Shown here: positions 10,370-20,772 of the stretch, one piece after another
Layout: each line of letters starts with the position of its first letter
Numbering within the stretch: the stretch's first letter is position 1
Assembly: GCA_027317865.1 (NCBI GenBank)
Contig: DAHVQG010000003.1
Location: 128,001 to 192,000, forward strand
Source of the DNA: Bdellovibrionales bacterium
GTDB taxonomy: Bacteria; Bdellovibrionota; Bdellovibrionia; Bdellovibrionales; UBA1609
DNA length: 64,000 bases
Direction of reading: 5' to 3'
The notes under the pieces: generated by a model
The model's input: the letters and a program-made list of their open reading frames with translations, nothing else
The model's database searches: none
What the model was told of the DNA's origin: nothing
Position numbers and translations under genes: made by a program

Positions 10370-12538
10370 ATGCGAACACGTCCAACGATATTTTTAACGG
10401 CTTTGCTGGTTACAGTAAGCGCGAGTCTGTGCTCGAATTTGGGCTTTGCCGATCAACTTCGTTTAGTACGCGCAGGTGATAGTCCCGAATTAACGGTCGA
10501 GCCGAAAGGTGACCCGTATTTGGCGGAGTATTTTCGGTTTCAAGTTGCTCCAAGGGGTAATCGTGTTTCGCCGCTATTTGATCGCGCCGTAACTGCCGCC
10601 TTTGAATCAAACGGAGCGAGTCCTCTTAACCGGCGGACGCTTTATCGGTGGCTAAATGTTTCAGAAATTGAGGTGAATGTTGCCCGGTTTATCGTTCGCT
10701 CGGCCATGAGCGACGGAACGCTTGTCATGAGTAACGAGCAAATTGCCGCGGCAATTAATATTCTGCATGTACAAGCGGCCGATTGGCTGAAAGTGCGCGG
10801 AACGGCCATGTTGGGCACGCTTTGCCGCTTGTGGCAAATTGATTCGATGTTGAGGCAACGAGGCAGTCAACCGATTTACTCCTTTGAGACATGGGTGAGC
10901 TTGTTTCAACAACTTCGAGAAAGGATCAATGAATTGCATCCGGATTCCGGTGACGCCCGCCATGCTGTACTCGAATGGTTTATACCGGTACGGTTTGGCC
11001 AATCGAACTCAAATTTAGCCACTCAGACTTTAAATTTTCTGATGGTAACGCGGCCCGGTTTTTATGCTCGTGCCGAAAAACTTGTACGCATTTATCCGTT
11101 TATTGATCCACTACGCCAAATTGAACTTGCGGGTCTATTAAAACGGCAAATTGTAGACGCGTTAGTTCACGATGATACGTTCCCAAATGAAAAACAGGCG
11201 CTCGATATGGCTAAAAATCTTGTGGAGTTTTATCTCGGTCACTCCACTCCCGATGAAAAAGCGCATTTTCTCGAGGCGTTTGTTTTGCGATTGATCAAAG
11301 AAACAGACCGGCATCAATCGCCGGATGTTCGCACATTTGCCGATGAAATGGTTGCGATGATTCGACCGGTGTTAAAAAACACCGAAAAAAGCGAAGCCAT
11401 CGAATCCTTGCGGCGGAAGTTGCAAAAAGAAGCACTGTCGGGTTACTCCACCGCGAAATCGCAATTGCGCATATATGATCCACTTCGAAGCGAACTTCAT
11501 AGCGGGGAATCGGCTGATAAGAGTGAAATCAAAACGTACCGAAGATATGTGGAGGGTTGGCTTGAGCTCCCATACACTATGACCGATGCCAAAACGAGCT
11601 CCTATCTTCAAACGTATTTAAGTTTAATGAAGCCGTCAGACGCCGTACATGCGGCAACGGCGTGGATCCGTCGTATTTTATCGGAACATTCAAAAAATTA
11701 CGTAATGGGATCTTTTAGCGCCCAAGAACGCTTTGAAACTAGTATCGAACTCGACAAAATTATGGCCGCACTTTTACAGTTTGCGTGTGACCATGCGGCA
11801 AACCGTCAGCAGGTGATTCTCGAGATTTTGAAACCGTACATGAACAGCGAATGGTTTGGATTCGCGCCCGAATTTGAAAAGGTATTGATGAAAAACATCG
11901 CAACTGGTTTTGACCCAGCTCGCAAGGCCACGGACTCGAATCTAGTATCGAGCACCGAAATGTTGCTCAACGAAATTGTAATAACTCGGCCGTCGATGAA
12001 GTCGCTGGTTTACTTAAGGATATTTTTTGATGAGATTAAGCCCATTATAAACGGCAACACGCAACTCGGGATGTTGTTTCGAACCGTGTACGAGAAAAAT
12101 GCTGTAGTTGAACTGCACCATGCCATAACCGAATTCGAAGCTCGAACGCCAAAAAATGATTTGGATTCAGTCGAAAAAAATCACCAATCACGCGAACAAG
12201 CCGCTTGGATTAAGGAACAAGCCGCGTTCTGTACGGAACTCTTGTTTGACGTGAAATCCCAGTTTTTCGCGCTGACGCCCGAAAATTTTCAGAAGCAGTA
12301 CCGCAACTTTTTGGTCCAGATCGCCAGTTTCGGTTCAACGGCGTGGTCGTCAATAAATGGTTTTGAGCAAACAATGTGGGAGCGCCAGAAAGAGCATGTG
12401 CCGGTCAACTCGTTTTATGAGACATTGCTTGACGAATTGCACCCCAAACTTGCGGCCCCAGCGGTTGTACCGAAGATCAGGCTTGTCTATTCGGCTAACA
12501 AATCGTCGTGTGCCAGAGACTTAGCCGGAAACCCTTGA
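10370..12538 (+). CDS. Large secreted helical hypothetical protein ending CARDLAGNP
   Basis: Long ORF with N-terminal signal peptide; no recognised domain. Confidence 0.75.
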   Translation: MRTRPTIFLTALLVTVSASLCSNLGFADQLRLVRAGDSPELTVEPKGDPYLAEYFRFQVAPRGNRVSPLFDRAVTAAFESNGASPLNRRTLYRWLNVSEIEVNVARFIVRSAMSDGTLVMSNEQIAAAINILHVQAADWLKVRGTAMLGTLCRLWQIDSMLRQRGSQPIYSFETWVSLFQQLRERINELHPDSGDARHAVLEWFIPVRFGQSNSNLATQTLNFLMVTRPGFYARAEKLVRIYPFIDPLRQIELAGLLKRQIVDALVHDDTFPNEKQALDMAKNLVEFYLGHSTPDEKAHFLEAFVLRLIKETDRHQSPDVRTFADEMVAMIRPVLKNTEKSEAIESLRRKLQKEALSGYSTAKSQLRIYDPLRSELHSGESADKSEIKTYRRYVEGWLELPYTMTDAKTSSYLQTYLSLMKPSDAVHAATAWIRRILSEHSKNYVMGSFSAQERFETSIELDKIMAALLQFACDHAANRQQVILEILKPYMNSEWFGFAPEFEKVLMKNIATGFDPARKATDSNLVSSTEMLLNEIVITRPSMKSLVYLRIFFDEIKPIINGNTQLGMLFRTVYEKNAVVELHHAITEFEARTPKNDLDSVEKNHQSREQAAWIKEQAAFCTELLFDVKSQFFALTPENFQKQYRNFLVQIASFGSTAWSSINGFEQTMWERQKEHVPVNSFYETLLDELHPKLAAPAVVPKIRLVYSANKSSCARDLAGNP

Positions 12539-12605
12539 TTTGTCGGCTTGTCGGGCACTCAAAAAAACGGTACCGTAGGCGCTGCAAACACTAGGGGTAA
12601 CCGTA

Positions 12606-14069
12606 ATGCGCGTTCATTTGATGGGGATTTGCGGCACAGCCATGGCGAGTCTTGCCGGGCTTCTCAAAAGTATGGGACATGAGGTTTCGGGGAGCGATCA
12701 AAACGTCTATCCGCCGATGTCAACTCAACTCAAAGAATTGGGCATACCGATTTTAGAAGGTTATCGCGAAGAGAATTTGGGTTTGGGCCCCAATGGTCAC
12801 TTGAACACTTCATCCATGCCTGCGCCGGAGCTGGTCATCGTTGGCAATGTGATTTCGCGCGGTAACCCAGAAGCCGAAGCTCTGTTAAAGAGTTCGATCC
12901 CTTACACCAGTTTGCCAAAGGCGCTTGGCGAATATGCGATTGCCGACCGTCATTCGATTGTTGTCGCGGGTACGCATGGTAAAACGACGACCACTTCCAT
13001 TATGATCAAAGTTGCCGATGCCTGCGGTGTTGAACCCGGTTTTATGGTTGGAGGCATACCTCTTGATTACGGTCGATCATTTCGTGTCGGCGGTCACTCC
13101 TCGTATTTTGTGATTGAAGGCGACGAGTATGACACGGCCTTTTTCGATAAAGTGCCAAAGTTCATTCATTATAAACCGCGCTCGGTCATTCTCACGAGTA
13201 TCGAATTTGACCACGCCGATATTTACAAAGATCTCGCAGCAGTAAAAAACGCTTTTCACATGCTCATAGAGCGAATACCCCATGATGGGGTTTTGGTCGC
13301 GCGCGCGGATGATATGAATGTTCGCGAAGTATCACGTGCGGCAAAGTGTCCGGTGATTACTTTTGGCGTCGCTGGCCGCGCGCCAGCCGATTATGAAATT
13401 ACAGAGCGGCAAATTCTTCATGGGCGAAACCAATTCGCTGTTCAACACCGTGGTAAAAAAATTGCGGATGTTGCGATTCGCTTGCCGGGTGAGCACAATG
13501 CGCTCAACGCGCTTGCGGTATTTGCGCTTGCGCACCATCTCGGCTGGAAGGTTCCCAATATTTTACAAGGGCTCGCGGATTTTCAAGGAGTAAAACGCCG
13601 TCAAGAAGTGATCGGCACTCCGTCGGGGATAACATTAATCGAAGATTTTGCACATCATCCTACGGCGGTTGCGGTGACGGTTGATGCCATTCGCGAAAAA
13701 TATTTGAACGCTGGCCAATCGCAATCTGGCGTCGGTCCGGGGCGGCTGATTGCGCTTTTTGAACCGCGTTCCGCAACTTCGCGAAGACGCGTTTTTCAAC
13801 GCGAATATGTGAGCGCATTTAAAAACGCAGATCTCATATTTATCGCGAAGGCTTACGATCAATCGAAAATTGCCGAAGGCGACCGTTTTTCAACGGCTGA
13901 ATTGGTGCGCAATTTGCTGCACGAAGGTTATACCGCTTGCGAATTTGAAAATGTCGACGAAATTGTCGACGAAGTTAAAAGTGACGCGCGACCGGGCGAT
14001 GTTGTGCTCATCATGAGTAACGGTGGATTCGGCGGCATCTACAAAAAACTGGCGGAGCGTTTGAAATGA
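12606..14069 (+). CDS. mpl: Murein peptide ligase Mpl
   Basis: GICGTAM, VYPPMSTQL, GTHGKTTT, EGDEYDTAFFDK, DFAHHPT, MSNGGFGG. Confidence 0.93.
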   Translation: MRVHLMGICGTAMASLAGLLKSMGHEVSGSDQNVYPPMSTQLKELGIPILEGYREENLGLGPNGHLNTSSMPAPELVIVGNVISRGNPEAEALLKSSIPYTSLPKALGEYAIADRHSIVVAGTHGKTTTTSIMIKVADACGVEPGFMVGGIPLDYGRSFRVGGHSSYFVIEGDEYDTAFFDKVPKFIHYKPRSVILTSIEFDHADIYKDLAAVKNAFHMLIERIPHDGVLVARADDMNVREVSRAAKCPVITFGVAGRAPADYEITERQILHGRNQFAVQHRGKKIADVAIRLPGEHNALNALAVFALAHHLGWKVPNILQGLADFQGVKRRQEVIGTPSGITLIEDFAHHPTAVAVTVDAIREKYLNAGQSQSGVGPGRLIALFEPRSATSRRRVFQREYVSAFKNADLIFIAKAYDQSKIAEGDRFSTAELVRNLLHEGYTACEFENVDEIVDEVKSDARPGDVVLIMSNGGFGGIYKKLAERLK

Positions 14070-14088
14070 CGTTGAGGAGAAGTCGGTC

Positions 14089-16560
14089 ATGACTCCGCTT
14101 ATGCAGCAATATTGGCAAATTAAGAACGAATACTCCGATAAAATCTTGCTTTTTCGCATGGGCGATTTTTACGAGATGTTTTTTGATGACGCCAAAATTG
14201 CCGCTCCTATATTAAATATTGCCCTGACGGCGCGAAATAAAAAATCGGACGATGAAACGCCCATGTGTGGTGTGCCTCATCATTCGATCAGTGGACCGAT
14301 CGGCAAACTGTTAGCGGCTGGTCTCAAAGTCGCGATTTGTGATCAGCTTGAAGATCCGGAAACAGCAAAAGGAATCGTCAAACGCGGGGTGACTCGCGTT
14401 TTGAGTCCCGGTATGGTTTACGATCCGCAAACGCTTGAAGAACTGAATGCCAATTACGTCGCGGCGTTTGACGAAACAACCGTGAGTTTTCTTGATGCGA
14501 CAACCGGCGAAAGTTTTTATTTTCGCGGGAGCGGTACAGGCCGGCGCGGTATTTTTGATGGCGCATTTGAATTGTTTGCGCTTTTGCGGCCCAGTGAAAT
14601 TCTTATTACTGCCGAGCAGGTGAGTGACAATCGCACGACCATCGATGAGCTCAAGACGGCCGGTGCGTGGACGCTGACGGTCGCTTCTTCGCGTCTAACT
14701 GAGCTTGATGAGCGATTTCGAAACGTCCCCGAAAGTGCCAAGCGCCTTTTGTATTATGCCGCTGAAATGCAAGGTTCGAGCGTTCTTGCAGCCGTGCGCG
14801 AGTTTGAGCGGCGTGAAATTAATGATCGCATGGTGGTTTCACAGAATGTGTTGCGGCACTTAGAAGTTTTTACGAGTCTTCGATTAGGTTCGCCATTGGC
14901 GCCGGCGGCTTACAGTTCACGTGGTTCTTCTCGGCAAGATGCGGGGACATTATTTGACGCAATAAATCGCACGCGCACGTCCGCTGGGGCACGCACGTTA
15001 AAAAGATGGTTGCAGTTTCCGCTCGTAAGCAAAATTCAAATCGAGGAGCGGTTGAATCGAATCGAAGAGTGGGCTCAAAAGCCGCACGATCTCAAAATTT
15101 TACGAGAACGGCTTGGCAAAATGGGCGACATTGAACGGCGGATCGCAAAGATTTCGTACGCCAATTGCCATCCCCGCGATTTGCTTAGTCTCGCAGAAAG
15201 TTTAGATGTTGGCATTTCGGTCGCGCCCTTTTGCCAGACATTCAGCGTGTCTGAGCTTAACGAAGTTGAAAACTCGGTGTTATTGATTCGGCGGCATCTG
15301 AACGACGAACCTCCCGCACAGTTAAAAACTGGCGGATACATTCAGCGGAACGTAAACGACGAACTCGATCGGCTAATTGAACTGAGCGAAAATAGTCAGA
15401 AATTGCTCGTTGAACTCGAAACCCGAGAGCGTGAGACGACCGGGATTACAAGTCTTAAGGTCCGCTACAATAATGTATTCGGCTATTACATCGAAGTGAC
15501 GAAGACACATCTTGATAAAATTCCCGACCACTATAAGCGTAAACAAACCCTAGCTAATGCGGAACGGTTTATAACGCAAGAGCTGCAGGAGCTTGAAGAG
15601 CGCATTCTTTCGAGCCGTGAAAAGCGCGTCCGACTTGAAGAAGAAATTTTTCAAAGTTTACGTACTGCGGTTTTGCGGAGCGGGCAGTTTCTTTTATCAG
15701 CCGCGCAAAAGTGGAGCGATCTCGATGTCATTTCGTCGCTTGCGTGGCTTGCGTTGGAACAGAAATATACGCGGCCCATTCTAAAAGAGCAGGTTCAAGA
15801 TTTACCCGGTCTAAACGCAATTGTTTTGCGTGGCTCTCGGCACCCCGTGGTGGAACAAGAAGTGGAACGCGCATTCGTGCCCAACGATTTGTCGCTTTCC
15901 CGTGGTGAGTGTCTTTTGCTGACAGGCCCGAATATGGCCGGTAAAAGCACCCTCATGCGCCAAATTGCCGTGACAGTATTAATGGCGCAGGTCGGATCGT
16001 TCGTGCCGGCCAGTTATGCCGAGTTACCTCTTTTTCATCAGATTTTCACCCGCATCGGAGCCAGTGACTCGCTCTCTGAAGGGCTCTCAACTTTTATGGT
16101 CGAGATGCAAGAAACAGCCGAAATGCTTAAAATGAGTGGGCCTGATACGCTCGTGATTTTGGACGAAGTGGGGCGTGGCACGTCGACTTATGACGGTATG
16201 AGTTTGGCCCAGTCGATACTTGAGCATTTGGTGCGAGTCGCCGGCTGTACCACACTTTTTGCAACTCATTATCACGAATTGACGATTCTCGCGTCTGAAT
16301 ATGCACAGGTTCGCAATATGCACATGGCCATACATGAACAAGGGGGAGAGATACAATTTCTGTATACTTTGCGCGCCGGCCCGGCGAGTAAATCGTACGG
16401 GTTGCACGTGGCGCGATTAGCCGGATTGCCCGAATCGGTCATTCAGCGAGCCGAAAAACTCCTGAAAAATCATGAAGCGAATGTGGCTGAAAACAGCGGT
16501 GCCCTTCGTCGTCGCGATCAAGACTTGCCGCTTTTACAATGGCAGCAAAATCTTTCTTAA
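14089..16560 (+). CDS. mutS: DNA mismatch repair protein MutS
   Basis: TPLMQQY, GDFYEMF, TGPNMAGKST, DEVGRGTST, SYGLHVA. Confidence 0.96.
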   Translation: MTPLMQQYWQIKNEYSDKILLFRMGDFYEMFFDDAKIAAPILNIALTARNKKSDDETPMCGVPHHSISGPIGKLLAAGLKVAICDQLEDPETAKGIVKRGVTRVLSPGMVYDPQTLEELNANYVAAFDETTVSFLDATTGESFYFRGSGTGRRGIFDGAFELFALLRPSEILITAEQVSDNRTTIDELKTAGAWTLTVASSRLTELDERFRNVPESAKRLLYYAAEMQGSSVLAAVREFERREINDRMVVSQNVLRHLEVFTSLRLGSPLAPAAYSSRGSSRQDAGTLFDAINRTRTSAGARTLKRWLQFPLVSKIQIEERLNRIEEWAQKPHDLKILRERLGKMGDIERRIAKISYANCHPRDLLSLAESLDVGISVAPFCQTFSVSELNEVENSVLLIRRHLNDEPPAQLKTGGYIQRNVNDELDRLIELSENSQKLLVELETRERETTGITSLKVRYNNVFGYYIEVTKTHLDKIPDHYKRKQTLANAERFITQELQELEERILSSREKRVRLEEEIFQSLRTAVLRSGQFLLSAAQKWSDLDVISSLAWLALEQKYTRPILKEQVQDLPGLNAIVLRGSRHPVVEQEVERAFVPNDLSLSRGECLLLTGPNMAGKSTLMRQIAVTVLMAQVGSFVPASYAELPLFHQIFTRIGASDSLSEGLSTFMVEMQETAEMLKMSGPDTLVILDEVGRGTSTYDGMSLAQSILEHLVRVAGCTTLFATHYHELTILASEYAQVRNMHMAIHEQGGEIQFLYTLRAGPASKSYGLHVARLAGLPESVIQRAEKLLKNHEANVAENSGALRRRDQDLPLLQWQQNLS

Positions 16561-18956
16561 CCCAGATTGATATCGAATGGGCTCTCAAAAAATTGCGTCC
16601 GGCGCATGCGATTTCAATTCGTTCGACCGATCCAAATTTCGATTTAGACAAGGTTTTAGAAGCACCGGCCTTCGTTTCAGATTTTATTGGGCAAAAACTC
16701 GAAGATAAATTGGCGGAACATCCGCGATGGAGTGAATCGATTCCGCTTCGCCTTGGTTCGTGGGCGCGCGGCGAGTTATGTGCAAAGTCGGATATCGACA
16801 TTTTGTTTTTAGGACCCGAAGAGGCCGTCGGCGAAGTGGTTGCCGATTTACAACGGACAGGGTTTAAAATTCGCGCGCGGGTGCCTCAAGACCGATCGGA
16901 TTGGACGGTGGGAGTCGACAGTTTTGACGTTCTTTCGCTTCTTTTTTCGCATCACGATCGTGCCGGCAGTGCAGAGCGTACCGGCAGTCAAAATATAGTA
17001 GTCGACGAGAACAAGGACCTCGTATTGCAACAAATCAAAAAGATTGAGGCACGCGGAATTCAATACAAGAAAAGACTTTTGCAAGCGATGGTTCGCGAAA
17101 GAAAAGAACGTGCCCGCCGCTATGATTCAATTGTTAATTTTTTGGAGCCGAATTTAAAGTATGGGCCCGGCGGTCTGCGCGATCTTGATCAGGCGATGAT
17201 GGCAGAGCGGTTATTTTCTGAGAAATTTTTGGGCGACGAAGCGTCGCTGTCTCGGCTGCGCGGTTATAAGCAATTTTTTCTTTTGGTGCGCCATTGGCTC
17301 CATTTGACAGATAGCGAGCGGGAGGGTGGCCGTGAAGTTCGTGATACGGTACGCGCCTCTTATCAACAGGAACTGGCGGAATTTCTGCGATACGAAAGTG
17401 CCATTCAGTTCATGTCGGATTTAGAATTCGCCCTTTCAGAAGTTAATTTTTACGCCGATTGGGCCGTAGAGCAGGCGCGAACCGCGCGCGCGAGGCAAAT
17501 TGGACCTGCCGTTCTCGAACGTGTAAAAATGCATCCGATTCAAGCGTTGGCACGAGACTCGTCTATGTTGATTCAAAAGCGAATTCGCGAACATTTATTC
17601 AAGCGCCGGGATATGATCGAGCCGTTTGTGCACACGTTTCATCCCGATATGTCCGAGGTTTTACTCGCCGCTTTATTTCGCGCAAAATTTCTGGCTCGGA
17701 TGATTCCAGACCTTGAACGTGTGACGGGGCTGGTTCAACACGATCAATACCATCGCTACAGCGTCGACGCCCACACGTTTCAAGCCTTACGAGAGGTGTT
17801 GCGCATCAAGCGACATCCTCGAAGGCTCGGGCGGTTGGCCGAAGTCGCATCCCGGCTCAAAGCTCGCGATTGGAAGATTATTTTTTGGGCGGCTCTTTTT
17901 CACGATCTCGGCAAAGGGCTTCGTGATCGGTCTGAAAAGGGCGGACATTCGATTGCCGGGGCACGGATCGCAAGGCGTGAGTTAAAGTTTTTAAAAATGC
18001 CCGAAGGGATCACTCCCGAAATTGTTTGGCTGGTTGAAAATCATCTTTTAATGTCGACGGCCGCTTTTAGGCGCGATTCGCAAGACCCGGCGGTATGGTC
18101 AGAACTTTTCGCGCGCGGTCTAAAAGAAGGCCGGATCGCACGGCTCGCCATTTTAACGGCGGTCGACATACGTGCCACTAATATTGACGCTTGGAATGAC
18201 TGGAAGGCGCAGCTTCTCGGACAACTTGTCGCGAGTCTTGAATCCCCGCCCGCACATGCACTTGGCCGGCTTGTCGAAACTTCGTCTGAAATTCGGCGGT
18301 GGGCGGAGAAATTAGACCCAAGAGTAATTGAGAGTGTTTCGGCGGCACAATTGCTCCATGATTACAACCAGCTCGTAGCCATGCGTTCTAAAGAGTTCAA
18401 TGTCAGCCGGCCAGTTGTTGTCAAAAATCGTCGTAAAGAAACTTGGGTTCGGTTTCATTCACCGACGGACCGCCCCGGGTTGTTTTTGGATTTCACGCGC
18501 ATTCTTTTGTCGCTCGGTCTCGATGTACAAGAAGCGTTCGTGCAAACATTTGCTGATCTCGGTGCCTATGATTGGTTTCATGTAAAATCGCGACGATCGC
18601 GCCAAGTTTTACAGGCGCATTTTAAAGTTTTAACCAAAAATCTAATCGCAAACGCCTCGATGTCACAGATCAATGGAAGTTTAGCGGCGTCGCAGGCGCA
18701 GCTATGGCAGACGATTGAATTGGTTTCTGAAAGTGATCGGTCGGCTATCGTAAGTTTTCGCGGCCGTGATCAACGAGGGGCGCTTATGGCGGCCGCGCAA
18801 ATGATTTTCGCCGAAGGTTTTGAAATTCGATCCGCAAAGGTACACACATGGGGCCGACAAATCGAGGATGTGTTTACCTTAAAAAAATCCGGACCTGACG
18901 ATGATCGAATTCGTATTTGGGTCGGTAAGATTTCGGCTCAAAAACGGCAGTTGTGA
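16539..18956 (+). CDS. glnD: PII uridylyltransferase/uridylyl-removing enzyme GlnD-like
   Basis: GSWARGEL..SDID nucleotidyltransferase, NLKYGPGGLRD, YHRYSVDAHT and HDLGK (HD domain), two ACT-like domains (DRPGL, DQRGAL). Confidence 0.85.
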   Translation: MAAKSFLTQIDIEWALKKLRPAHAISIRSTDPNFDLDKVLEAPAFVSDFIGQKLEDKLAEHPRWSESIPLRLGSWARGELCAKSDIDILFLGPEEAVGEVVADLQRTGFKIRARVPQDRSDWTVGVDSFDVLSLLFSHHDRAGSAERTGSQNIVVDENKDLVLQQIKKIEARGIQYKKRLLQAMVRERKERARRYDSIVNFLEPNLKYGPGGLRDLDQAMMAERLFSEKFLGDEASLSRLRGYKQFFLLVRHWLHLTDSEREGGREVRDTVRASYQQELAEFLRYESAIQFMSDLEFALSEVNFYADWAVEQARTARARQIGPAVLERVKMHPIQALARDSSMLIQKRIREHLFKRRDMIEPFVHTFHPDMSEVLLAALFRAKFLARMIPDLERVTGLVQHDQYHRYSVDAHTFQALREVLRIKRHPRRLGRLAEVASRLKARDWKIIFWAALFHDLGKGLRDRSEKGGHSIAGARIARRELKFLKMPEGITPEIVWLVENHLLMSTAAFRRDSQDPAVWSELFARGLKEGRIARLAILTAVDIRATNIDAWNDWKAQLLGQLVASLESPPAHALGRLVETSSEIRRWAEKLDPRVIESVSAAQLLHDYNQLVAMRSKEFNVSRPVVVKNRRKETWVRFHSPTDRPGLFLDFTRILLSLGLDVQEAFVQTFADLGAYDWFHVKSRRSRQVLQAHFKVLTKNLIANASMSQINGSLAASQAQLWQTIELVSESDRSAIVSFRGRDQRGALMAAAQMIFAEGFEIRSAKVHTWGRQIEDVFTLKKSGPDDDRIRIWVGKISAQKRQL

Positions 18957-19324
18957 GGGTTCAAAAGGGTGCCTAATCATTAGGCGGCTCGACTTTTCTC
19001 GGGGACGGACTTTCGGTTAATGCACTTGTACAAAAAAATTTTTGAACCCGCTAACCAGGTTTCGAGTTGGCAATGAGTCCAGAGTTTTTGCACGGTTACC
19101 ACTCCTCAAGACGTGCCATTAGTGTGGCGTCGCCAGATTTTTGACGTATTTTTGACGCGAGCCCTGTCAACAATTTCAGATTTTTTTAGATTTCTACTTG
19201 TCGAGGTGGCGAAAGGCTGACAGACTTTTATATGGGGATTGCGTTTTCAGAAAGAGCCGAGAACGTGAGGCTGTAGAAAACGCGTAAGTATAATCGTTAA
19301 ACAATAAGTGGGGAGGGAGCAAGG

Positions 19325-19681
19325 ATGCTCAGAGATGTACTCATCCAAAAAGGTTTATCAAATCGCGAGTCGGAAGTCGCGGAACTCGTGACAAAGGGTA
19401 TGTCCAACAAGGAAGTGGCCAACCAGCTTTTTGTCACGGAAAAAACCGTGAAGTTCCACCTGACGAACATCTATAAAAAGATGAACGTCAAGTCACGTGC
19501 ACAGCTGATTGTATGGTGCATGCCACACACCAGCTTTATCGAGAAAGAAGAGCGTCCAGCCGAAGCGCCACAAGTTGCGGCAGCACCGGCGGCAGCTCCC
19601 AGCACAATTCCAGCTGGATCCGCAACAGTTGCGGGTACAACGGGAACAGGCTTTCGCGGTAACAACGATCTTGGCATTTAG
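19325..19681 (+). CDS. Stand-alone LuxR-type HTH regulator with Ala/Pro-rich tail
   Basis: LSNRESEVAELVTKGMSNKEVANQLFVTEKTVKFHLTNIYKK; strong GGGAGG SD. Confidence 0.9.
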   Translation: MLRDVLIQKGLSNRESEVAELVTKGMSNKEVANQLFVTEKTVKFHLTNIYKKMNVKSRAQLIVWCMPHTSFIEKEERPAEAPQVAAAPAAAPSTIPAGSATVAGTTGTGFRGNNDLGI

Positions 19682-19706
19682 TCGTTAGACTTACTTCGGG
19701 GCTCGA

Positions 19707-20177
19707 ATGGAAGGTAAGCCAGTATCTCAGTCCATCGTTAAAATGACTGAGCTTGTCCATCCGAGCCATACCAACGCGCTCAATAGTGCGTTTGGCGGTG
19801 TGATCGTTTCTTGGATAGATATCTGCGCGGCCATTTGTGCCATGAGGCACGCGCAAAAGCCTGTCGTGACGGCGTCGATCGATGCTTTACACTTTATTAA
19901 TCCAGTTTATGCAGGTTGGATCGTCAACCTGCACGCTTCAGTTAATTACACGGGTCGCACATCCATGGAGATCGGCGTTCGCGCTGATGCTGAAAATCCC
20001 ATTAAAGGCGAATCATTTCATGTTGCGTCCGCTTATTTGACTTTCGTTGCTTTAAGCGACCAGAAAAAGCCCATTGATATTCCTAAAATCATTCCTGAAT
20101 CCGAAATTGAAAAGCGCCGCTATGCCGAGGCCGAAAAGCGTCGCGAAGCTCGACTTGCGATGCGTGCGAAGGTTTAA
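19707..20177 (+). CDS. Acyl-CoA thioesterase (hotdog, YciA-like)
   Basis: N...FGG....ID, VVTAS, GRTSMEI, TFVA. Confidence 0.9.
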   Translation: MEGKPVSQSIVKMTELVHPSHTNALNSAFGGVIVSWIDICAAICAMRHAQKPVVTASIDALHFINPVYAGWIVNLHASVNYTGRTSMEIGVRADAENPIKGESFHVASAYLTFVALSDQKKPIDIPKIIPESEIEKRRYAEAEKRREARLAMRAKV

Positions 20178-20566
20178 CCGTACCACATGCCCTCAAATTT
20201 CATTCCGTCAGGGTCGGTGAAGTAGACAGCGTAGTACTTGTCATAATATTCACCGGCTGGGTCGACGATTTTGGCTCCCACTTTTTTGAGATAAATTTGC
20301 AGTTCGTCGACTTCTTTTTTTGAACCTAAGCGGTAGGCATAGTGATGAAATCCGACATCGCCAAAATGGTGTTTGCTTTTTAGGTGTCGTTTTTCGGCCT
20401 GCGTGATCCAAAGCCGTGTTTGACCGTTGGTCCATCCCATAGAATCTTCGTACTCGTCGAGTACTTTGAATCCTAAAAATTTCATGAGACCGTCGTAGAA
20501 CTGGCGCGACTTTTTAAAGTTACTCACTGTTATAGAAAGATGATCAACCGCTGTTACTTTTGGCAT
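20174..20566 (-). CDS. VOC/glyoxalase family protein
   Basis: DHLSITV, HHYA, YYAVYFTDPDGMKFE. Confidence 0.9.
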   Translation of the reverse strand: MPKVTAVDHLSITVSNFKKSRQFYDGLMKFLGFKVLDEYEDSMGWTNGQTRLWITQAEKRHLKSKHHFGDVGFHHYAYRLGSKKEVDELQIYLKKVGAKIVDPAGEYYDKYYAVYFTDPDGMKFEGMWYG

Positions 20567-20711
20567 TGGCTACCTCCGTTGCTACTCTTTAATACAAATC
20601 TTCGAACATGCGTCTTGGATAATGAAAATTTATAATGAAAGAGTAGGAAGTTGCGGACTGGCGTCACGGTTATTGAGAATTCAACCGTGTGGTAGGGTGT
20701 AAGCGATTTTA

Positions 20712-20746
20712 ATTCAAAATAGCGCGCTCTTTGCGGAGCGCGCTAT
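20712..20746 (-). terminator. Intrinsic terminator of the Pro-rich gene
   Basis: 11-bp stem ATAGCGCGCTC/GAGCGCGCTAT, 6-nt loop, followed on the minus strand by a T-rich run. Confidence 0.7.
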
Positions 20747-20772
20747 CGTAAATAACTGTTGTTTCGATTTGA

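Noticed and set aside
19195-19290. GGC-GAAA-GGC segment considered as a c-di-GMP-I/cGAMP (GEMM) riboswitch
   Set aside because: I could not find the GCAAA junction, tetraloop receptor or P1 closure; kept only as an unassigned hairpin region.
20618-20640. ATAATGAAA direct repeat as a Fur box
   Set aside because: Weak match (about 13/19 by eye) in AT-rich DNA, and no iron gene is adjacent.
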